Source: Gemmatimonadota bacterium (GTDB lineage Bacteria > Gemmatimonadota > Gemmatimonadetes > JACCXV01 > JAHWKZ01). Taken from it: a stretch of 64,000 bases of DNA. The DNA lies in assembly GCA_025937815.1 (NCBI GenBank), contig JAICQP010000001.1, positions 3,891 through 67,890 of the forward strand. Direction: 5' to 3'. The notes below the pieces were generated by a model, which saw only the letters and a program-made list of their open reading frames with translations, did no database searches and was not told the DNA's origin. A program made the position numbers and the translations under genes. Below, piece by piece: positions 57,812 through 64,000 of the stretch. How positions within the stretch are numbered: the first letter of the stretch is position 1; each line of letters starts with the position of its first letter.

Positions 57812-59460
57812 GGCCGCGGGACGAGCTTCGCTCGCGGCTGACGGCCCTTTGCGTGCAGCGGGGCTGGCCCGCCGAGGAGGTAGCGGTCGAGCGCCCCAAC
57901 GACCGCGCCCGCGGCGACTGGGCGAGTCCCGTGGCGCTCGCCCTCGCCCGTCCGCTCCGGCGCGCGCCGCGGGAGATCGCCTCCGAGCTCGCCGACGCGC
58001 TCTCGCTCGATTCGACGCGGTGGGAGGAGCCCGAGGTCGCCGGGGCGGGATTCCTCAACTTTCGCCTAGCTCGCCCCTACCTCCAGGACGTCGTCCGGCG
58101 GCTGATCGAAGAGCCGGACGGCCACATGCGCTCCGACCGCCTCGCGGGCCGCCGGATCAACGTCGAGTTCGTGAGCTCGAATCCGACCGGCCCGCTCCAC
58201 GTCGGCCACGCGCGGAACGCGGCGCTCGGGGACGGGATCGCGGCGCTTTTCGCCAGCCAGGGCGCGGACGTCACCCGCGAGTACTACTTCAACGACGCGG
58301 GTCGCCAGATGGACATCCTGGGCGCGTCCGTCCACGCGCGCTACCGGCAGATGACGGAGCCGGACTTCCCGTTCCCCGACGAGGGATACCAGGGCGAGTA
58401 TATCGCCGATCTGGCGCGGGAGTTCGCAGTCGAGCACGGGGACGCATTCCGGGACGTCCCGCTCGAGGAATGCCTGGCGGAGTTCCGATCGTTCGCCGGC
58501 GAGCGGATCAGCGCCGGGATCCGCGCCGATCTGGAGCGCTTCCGCGTCTCCTTCGACGTCTGGTTCAACGAGTCCACCCTGTATCGTGACGGCCGAACGG
58601 AGCAGACGCTCGAGGAGCTCAAGGCTCTGGGGGCGGCCTACGAGAAGGACGGCGCGACGTGGCTCCGCGCGACGGACTACGGCGACACCGAGGACCGCGT
58701 GCTGGTCAAGAGCACGGGTCACCCGACGTACCTGCTCCCCGACCTCGCGTACCACCGCGACAAGCACGAGCGCGGGTTCGATCAGGCGATCGACATATGG
58801 GGCGCGGACCATCATAGCTACGCCGTCCGCATGCAGGCGGGCCTCACGGCCCTCGGCTACCCGGCCGACTGGCTGCGCACGGTCATCTATCAGCAGATCA
58901 GCCTGATCGAGGACGGGGAGGAGGTGCGGCTCTCGACCCGCAAGAACCGCATGGTCACGCTGCGCGAGCTCCTCGATGACGTGGGCGTGGACGTCACCCG
59001 CTGGTTCCTGCTCATGCGGAAAGGCGACACGCACATGACGTTCGACCTCGATCTCGCCCGGCGGCAGTCGGACGAGAACCCCGTCTACTACGTCCAGTAC
59101 GCGCACGCGCGGCTGGCCGGCGTGTTCACGAGGAACGAGCGCCCCGAGTGGGACCCCGCGCTGGCGGGCGTTCCCGGCTCGCTCGACCGGCTGAATGCCG
59201 AGCGCGAGATCGACCTTCTCCGGGCGCTCGACGATCTTCCCGACGTCGTCGCCGACGCCGCCGACGCCCTCGAGCCGCACCGCGTGACCGACGCGCTGGA
59301 GGAACTCGCGCGGCGGACCCATCTTTGGTACCACGACCATCGGATCCTGGTGGACGACGAGCACCTGGCGCGCGCACGGTTGGCGCTCGCTCGCGCGTGC
59401 GCGAACGCGCTTCGCGAGGGGCTCGCCCTGCTGGGAGTCGAAGCCCCCGAGACGATGTAG
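57808..59460 (+). CDS. argS: arginine--tRNA ligase
   Basis: Class I pattern SSNPTGPLHVGHARNA (HIGH) and ArgRS anticodon-binding C-terminus; ATGA overlap with upstream gene. Confidence 0.9.
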   Translation: MRPRDELRSRLTALCVQRGWPAEEVAVERPNDRARGDWASPVALALARPLRRAPREIASELADALSLDSTRWEEPEVAGAGFLNFRLARPYLQDVVRRLIEEPDGHMRSDRLAGRRINVEFVSSNPTGPLHVGHARNAALGDGIAALFASQGADVTREYYFNDAGRQMDILGASVHARYRQMTEPDFPFPDEGYQGEYIADLAREFAVEHGDAFRDVPLEECLAEFRSFAGERISAGIRADLERFRVSFDVWFNESTLYRDGRTEQTLEELKALGAAYEKDGATWLRATDYGDTEDRVLVKSTGHPTYLLPDLAYHRDKHERGFDQAIDIWGADHHSYAVRMQAGLTALGYPADWLRTVIYQQISLIEDGEEVRLSTRKNRMVTLRELLDDVGVDVTRWFLLMRKGDTHMTFDLDLARRQSDENPVYYVQYAHARLAGVFTRNERPEWDPALAGVPGSLDRLNAEREIDLLRALDDLPDVVADAADALEPHRVTDALEELARRTHLWYHDHRILVDDEHLARARLALARACANALREGLALLGVEAPETM

Positions 59461-59471
59461 GAGGACGGATC

Positions 59472-60398
59472 ATGCCCATCCTGGTAGTCGGATCGGTCGC
59501 CCTCGACGACGTGGAGACGCCCTTCGGGCAGCGAAAAGGGGCACTCGGAGGCGCGGCTGTGTACTTCGGCCTCGCGGCTTCCTACTTCACCGAAGTGCAG
59601 CTCGTGGGGGTGGTGGGTCGGGACTTTCCGGCCGGCCACCTCGAGCTGCTGTCCTCGCGTGGCATCGACCTCGCGGGGCTCCAGGTCGTCGACGGCGAGA
59701 CGTTTCGCTGGGGCGGCAAGTACGGGTACGACTTCAACGCCCGCGAGACGACGTTCACCCACCTCGGCGCGTTCGCGGGCTTCCAGCCGCAGATCCCGGA
59801 GCGCTTCCGGCAGACCCCCAACGTGTTCCTGGCCAATATCCATCCGCGCCTTCAGCTCGACGTTCTCGGCCAGGTGGAGCGGCCCCAGATGACGGCGCTG
59901 GACACGATGAACTACTGGATCGAGCGGACGCCCGAGGAGCTGCGGGAGGTGCTGGCCCGGGTCGATGCCCTGCTCATCAACGATTCCGAGGCGCGGCAGC
60001 TCGCGAGCGAGCCTGTCCTCCGCAAGGCGGCGGCCCGGATCCTGGAGCTGGGACCGGAGATGCTGGTCGTCAAGAAGGGCGAGGACGGCGCGGTCACGTT
60101 CTCGCGGGAGGGGATCTTCGCGGTGCCCGGCCTGCCGCTCGACTCGATCATCGATCCGACGGGTGCGGGAGATTCCTTCGCCGGCGGTTTCCTCGGATAC
60201 CTCGCCGCGAGCGGCGATCGCTCGCCGGAGGCCCTGCGGCGCGCCACGATCTACGGGTCGACGATGGGGTCGCTGTGCTGTGAGGCGTTCTCGACCGAGA
60301 AGCTCGTGGATCTCGACCCGCACGAGATCGAGGACCGGTTCCAGGAGTACAAGCGGCTCACCCATTTCGAGCACGCGCCGATCCTGCTGAATGCCTGA
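59472..60398 (+). CDS. PfkB-family carbohydrate/nucleoside kinase
   Basis: Ribokinase-like pattern with DPTGAGDSFAGGFL anion hole; RBS GAGGA. Confidence 0.7.
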   Translation: MPILVVGSVALDDVETPFGQRKGALGGAAVYFGLAASYFTEVQLVGVVGRDFPAGHLELLSSRGIDLAGLQVVDGETFRWGGKYGYDFNARETTFTHLGAFAGFQPQIPERFRQTPNVFLANIHPRLQLDVLGQVERPQMTALDTMNYWIERTPEELREVLARVDALLINDSEARQLASEPVLRKAAARILELGPEMLVVKKGEDGAVTFSREGIFAVPGLPLDSIIDPTGAGDSFAGGFLGYLAASGDRSPEALRRATIYGSTMGSLCCEAFSTEKLVDLDPHEIEDRFQEYKRLTHFEHAPILLNA

Positions 60399-61434
60399 GA
60401 CACGCGATCCGGCGTCCGCCTACCGCGCCGCCGGCGTGGACCTCGATGCCGCCGATCGCTTCAAGGAGAAGCTGAAGCGGATCGTCGGGGCGACCCCTTC
60501 CGACGGGGTGGTCGGGGGCGTGGGCGGGTTCGGCGGCTGCTTCGCGCTGGCCGGCGTTCGCGAGTCCGATCCGGTGCTGGTGGCGTCCACCGACGGGGTC
60601 GGGACGAAGGTGCTGGTCGCCCGCGCGGCGGGCCGGCACGACACGCTGGGGCGCGACCTCGTGAACCACTGCGTCGACGACTTGCTGGCGCAGGGCGCGC
60701 GCCCGCTCTTCTTCCTCGACTACATCGCGTCGGGGCGCCTCGACGAGGCGGTCGCGCTCGCGCTCGTCGAAGGCTTCGCCGCCGGCTGCCGCGAGAACGG
60801 CATCCCGCTCCTCGGCGGGGAGACCGCGGAGATGCCGGACGTCTACGAGGCCGACGGCTATGACCTGGCGGGGTTCATCGTGGGCGTGGCGCCGCGCGCC
60901 CGGCTCGATCGTCTGGGCGCGACCGTCGGGCCCGGCGACGTGGTCCTCGGCCTGCCCTCGAGCGGCCTCCACACCAACGGGTACACGCTGGCGCGGAAGG
61001 TCATTCTCGCCGGAGGGCGATCGATCACCGATTCCGTCCCGTGGGGGGCGGGCACCTGGGCCGACGCGCTGCTCGCCGTACACCGCTCGTATCTGGCGGC
61101 CGTGCTGCCGCTATTGGACGACCCCGCGCTTCACGGCTGCGCGCACGTGACCGGCGGCGGGTTCGAGGGGAACCTGGCGCGGCCCCTGACGCCGGGCGTC
61201 GGCGTGCGCCTGCGCCGTGACGCGTGGGTCCCGCCGCCGTTGTTCGAGTTTCTCGAACGCGAAGGGAACATCGCGCCCGACGAGATGGTTCGAGTCTTCA
61301 ACATGGGGATCGGCTTCTGCCTGTACGTCGATCGGCGCGAAGCGCCTCGTATCGCACACGCCTGCGCCGATGCCGGCGCGCCCGCGGTCGAGATCGGGGA
61401 GGCGGTGACGGGGGAGGGAGTGAGATGGGATTGA
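60391..61434 (+). CDS. purM: phosphoribosylformylglycinamidine cyclo-ligase
   Basis: AIR synthetase pattern (YRAAGVDLDAAD, GGFGG, STDGVGTK). Confidence 0.85.
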   Translation: MPETRDPASAYRAAGVDLDAADRFKEKLKRIVGATPSDGVVGGVGGFGGCFALAGVRESDPVLVASTDGVGTKVLVARAAGRHDTLGRDLVNHCVDDLLAQGARPLFFLDYIASGRLDEAVALALVEGFAAGCRENGIPLLGGETAEMPDVYEADGYDLAGFIVGVAPRARLDRLGATVGPGDVVLGLPSSGLHTNGYTLARKVILAGGRSITDSVPWGAGTWADALLAVHRSYLAAVLPLLDDPALHGCAHVTGGGFEGNLARPLTPGVGVRLRRDAWVPPPLFEFLEREGNIAPDEMVRVFNMGIGFCLYVDRREAPRIAHACADAGAPAVEIGEAVTGEGVRWD

Positions 61435-62258
61435 GGTCGCTGACCCTGCTCGCTGCGTGGATCGTCTCGCTGGCCGGCGTCGCGAGCGGGCAGGAGATCT
61501 CCGAGCAGCGCGTCCGCGCCGCCGTCGAGGACGCGGCGCGGGGCCTCGGCCAGTCCGTGGCCGGAGGGAGCCCGATGACCGCGCCGGCCGCCACGACCGG
61601 CGGCCTCGGCCCCTTCCTGGCCTCGCTCGGCATCGGGGTCACACGCATCGACATCGAGGATCCGCAGCGGGAATCCGGCACGGTCGAGTTCCTGCTGCCG
61701 ACGGCGGGCGCGCGGTTCGCGGTGGGCCTGACGTCGGGCCTGGCATCGGATGGGCCGATCGGTGGCGCGGGCTCGATCGACCTCCTCGGGCGGGTGGGCA
61801 TCCTGACCGCGCGCGACGAGATCGAGGACGCGTCGAAGCTCTACGGGATCGGCGTGCGAGTCGCGGTCCTCGGGGAGACGCCGCTGACGCCGGCCTTGAG
61901 CGTCGCGCTCGAGCAGGCGTGGACCGAAGAGATCGTCTACGGCGAGCCCGACGAGGTGTCGTTCCGCGGCGACGTGGCCGTGACGTCCCTGCGCGCGGAC
62001 ATCTCCAAGGACCTCGTGCTCCTCTCGCCGTACGCCGGAGCGGGGATCGACCGCACGCGGATCGACGCCTCGTACGTGATCCCGGCCGGGCTCTCGACCT
62101 TGGGAACCGAGATCCGCGGCTCGATCGATCCGGCCAGCACGCACCACGTGTTCTACCTCGGGACCGATCTCTCGCTCCTCCTTCTGACCGCCTCGATCGA
62201 GGGCGGTGTCTACGACGGCGGGGCGTTCGCCACCTTCGCGATCCGCGCCGGCCTTTGA
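61425..62258 (+). CDS. hypothetical secreted protein
   Basis: Signal peptide MGLRSLTLLAAWIVSLAGVASGQ; Gly/Ala/Ser-rich, alternating pattern compatible with beta-rich fold; overlaps purM end by 10 nt and ribD start (TTGA). Confidence 0.45.
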   Translation: MGLRSLTLLAAWIVSLAGVASGQEISEQRVRAAVEDAARGLGQSVAGGSPMTAPAATTGGLGPFLASLGIGVTRIDIEDPQRESGTVEFLLPTAGARFAVGLTSGLASDGPIGGAGSIDLLGRVGILTARDEIEDASKLYGIGVRVAVLGETPLTPALSVALEQAWTEEIVYGEPDEVSFRGDVAVTSLRADISKDLVLLSPYAGAGIDRTRIDASYVIPAGLSTLGTEIRGSIDPASTHHVFYLGTDLSLLLLTASIEGGVYDGGAFATFAIRAGL

Positions 62259-63388
62259 TCGACGACGCGCTGCTGGAGCCGCTCATGGACCGCGCGGTCG
62301 GGCTGGCGGAGCGCGGCGGGGGCGCTACGGCGCCCAATCCCATGGTCGGATGCGTGATCGCCGCGCCGGACGGCCGCGTCCTCGGCGAGGGCTTCCATCT
62401 ACGGGCCGGTGAGAACCACGCGGAGGTCGAGGCGCTCGCCGCGGTCCGCGCCGCGGGCCGCGACCCGCGCGGGACGGTCGCCGTCGTCACCCTCGAGCCG
62501 TGCGCGCGGCAGGGACGGACGCCACCCTGCGTCGACGCGCTCGTCGCGGCGGGCATCCGAGAAGTCGTCTTCGGCGTCGAGGACCCCCACACCGGGAAGG
62601 GGGGAGCCCAGCGGCTCCGGGAAGCGGGGATCGAGGTTCGCGGCGGCGTGCGGGAGCGCGCGATCCGGCTCCTGATCGAGCCGTGGCTCCACTTCGTCCG
62701 GACGGGCAGGCCGCTCATGCATCTCAAGAGCGCGGTCACGCTGAACGGCCGGCTGACACGCGGCTGGGGAGGGCCGCGCTGGATCACCGGAGAAGATGCG
62801 CGACGCGCCGTCCATCGCCTCCGCCGGCGCCACACCGCGGTCGTGATCGGAATCGGCACCGCGCTCGCCGACGACCCGCTCCTCACCGTCCGCGACTGGC
62901 CGCCCCCTCGAGCGCTTGGGGGTGACGCAGATCCTCCGTGGCCGCGGATCCAGCCGCTGCGGGTGGTCCTGGACACCGAGCTGCGGCTGCCTGTCGGATC
63001 CCGCCTCGCGACGTCGGTGGCCGAAGGTCCCGTCCTCGTACTCTGCGCGGAGCGCGCCGACCGGGAAAGGGAAGGGGCCCTGGCGTCGCAAGGCGTCGAG
63101 GTCGAGCGGGTGGGCTCGCCCGCCGGCCGGCTGGACCTCGGCGAAGTGGCGGCGGCGCTCGCCCGCCGCGGGGTGACCGGCGCCCTCGTCGAGCCCGGAC
63201 CGGCGCTCGCGGCGGGCCTCATCGCCGCCGGACTGGCGGATCGCTGGACCGTCTTCGTCGCGCCGGTGTGGGAGCCGTCGGACGACGCGCTCCCGCTGGT
63301 GCTCGCCAACGGCACGCCGGTCGAGCTCGAAGACCCCGTCTGGGAGAGCCACGGCTCCGATGCCTCGGTGAGCGGCCGCGTCCGCTGA
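62255..63388 (+). CDS. ribD: bifunctional riboflavin biosynthesis protein RibD (deaminase/reductase)
   Basis: CMP/dCMP deaminase zinc motifs (HAEVEAL, TLEPCARQGRTPPC) plus RibD reductase domain; TTG start. Confidence 0.8.
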   Translation: MIDDALLEPLMDRAVGLAERGGGATAPNPMVGCVIAAPDGRVLGEGFHLRAGENHAEVEALAAVRAAGRDPRGTVAVVTLEPCARQGRTPPCVDALVAAGIREVVFGVEDPHTGKGGAQRLREAGIEVRGGVRERAIRLLIEPWLHFVRTGRPLMHLKSAVTLNGRLTRGWGGPRWITGEDARRAVHRLRRRHTAVVIGIGTALADDPLLTVRDWPPPRALGGDADPPWPRIQPLRVVLDTELRLPVGSRLATSVAEGPVLVLCAERADREREGALASQGVEVERVGSPAGRLDLGEVAAALARRGVTGALVEPGPALAAGLIAAGLADRWTVFVAPVWEPSDDALPLVLANGTPVELEDPVWESHGSDASVSGRVR

Positions 63389-63425
63389 ATCGCGGACCCC
63401 AGCGGGGATCGCTAGCTTCCGGTCA

Positions 63426-64000
63426 ATGTTCACCGGGATCATCGATACGATCGGGACCGTCGCAGGGGTGGAGCCGCTGGGCGAAGGCCGGCGGCTCACT
63501 TTGTCCGCGCCGTGGGGGGGATCGCTGGCTCAGGGCGAGTCGGTGGCCGTCGACGGTGTCTGCCTGACGGTCGTCGAGGCGGGCGCGGAGTCGTTCGCGG
63601 TGGAGGCCGTGCGGGAGACGTTGGCCCTCACCACGCTCGGCTCCTGGGCTCCGGGGAGGCGCGTCCACCTCGAACGTGCGCTGGCAGTCGGAGACCGGCT
63701 CGGAGGCCACCTCGTGCAGGGCCACGTGGACTGCGTGGGAACCGTGCAAGCGATGGAACGACAAGGGGAAAACCGGTACATTGCCGTGACTCTGCCGAGC
63801 GGCCGCGAGCTCGCGGCGCCGCGCGGCTCGATCGCGGTGAACGGCGTCAGCCTGACGGTATTCCGGCTCGCGCACGATGGGGTCGAGCTCTCGATCGTGC
63901 CCCACACGTGGCGGGCCACGACCTTCCCCGATCTCGCTCCGGGTGCCGGGGTGAATATCGAGTACGACTTGATAGCTCGATATGTAAAGCATTTAATGGA
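63426..64000 (+). CDS. ribE: riboflavin synthase (partial, runs off window end)
   Basis: MFTGIIDTIGTVAGVE... canonical lumazine-binding repeat N-terminus; no stop before window end. Confidence 0.75.
   Translation, partial: MFTGIIDTIGTVAGVEPLGEGRRLTLSAPWGGSLAQGESVAVDGVCLTVVEAGAESFAVEAVRETLALTTLGSWAPGRRVHLERALAVGDRLGGHLVQGHVDCVGTVQAMERQGENRYIAVTLPSGRELAAPRGSIAVNGVSLTVFRLAHDGVELSIVPHTWRATTFPDLAPGAGVNIEYDLIARYVKHLM

Noticed and set aside
61639-63315. 558-aa minus-strand ORF opposite ribD
   Set aside because: Antisense shadow; ribD motifs on plus strand are clear.

Overview
High-GC (~68%) bacterial chromosomal segment, densely packed with housekeeping genes. The T9SS C-terminal sorting domain on a subtilase, frequent GTG/TTG starts and pervasive 4-nt start/stop overlaps suggest an FCB-group organism such as Gemmatimonadota, but this is inference only. 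Recognisable units, in order: mlaEFD-like ABC lipid transporter (-), rph and rdgB, tRNA-Pro, a CCP/MauG-like dihaem cytochrome, trpS, typA, and a tRNA-Arg/His/Lys cluster. These are followed by era, a Trm112-like gene, RNase R, purC-purS-purQ-purL-purF (-), htrA, truA, and a trp cluster in which lexA is inserted divergently. That trp cluster also carries a HEAT-repeat protein and an HD-GYP protein, start/stop-coupled between trpB and trpA. Further downstream: a sugar-phosphate isomerase/epimerase gene start/stop-coupled to a large S8 peptidase gene, folB-folK-panB-panC, a glmU-like gene, yqeK-like HD hydrolase, a LytR_C protein, a DksA/TraR zinc finger with an H1-like tail, corA, an M14 carboxypeptidase, cmk-rpsA, an LpoA-like lipoprotein, an acyl-CoA carboxylase/mutase cluster (pccB, accC, rlmD, BCCP, mutase large subunit), argS, a PfkB kinase, purM, ribD and ribE (partial). 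The most unusual region is a ~1.6 kb AT-richer island immediately downstream of the tRNA-Arg/His/Lys cluster (about 11.16-12.9 kb). It holds four paralogous 51-codon genes (two on each strand), each with its own -10-like promoter element and its own GAGCCGGG-type terminator hairpin. The encoded peptides share a leader-like N-terminus matching the lasso-peptide precursor motif YxxPx(L/V)x3Gx5T and a conserved two-cysteine C-terminal core. No maturation enzymes are visible in the window, so their nature (RiPP precursors versus small secreted disulfide peptides) is open. Many long ORFs in the six-frame track are antisense shadows typical of high-GC DNA and are rejected below.
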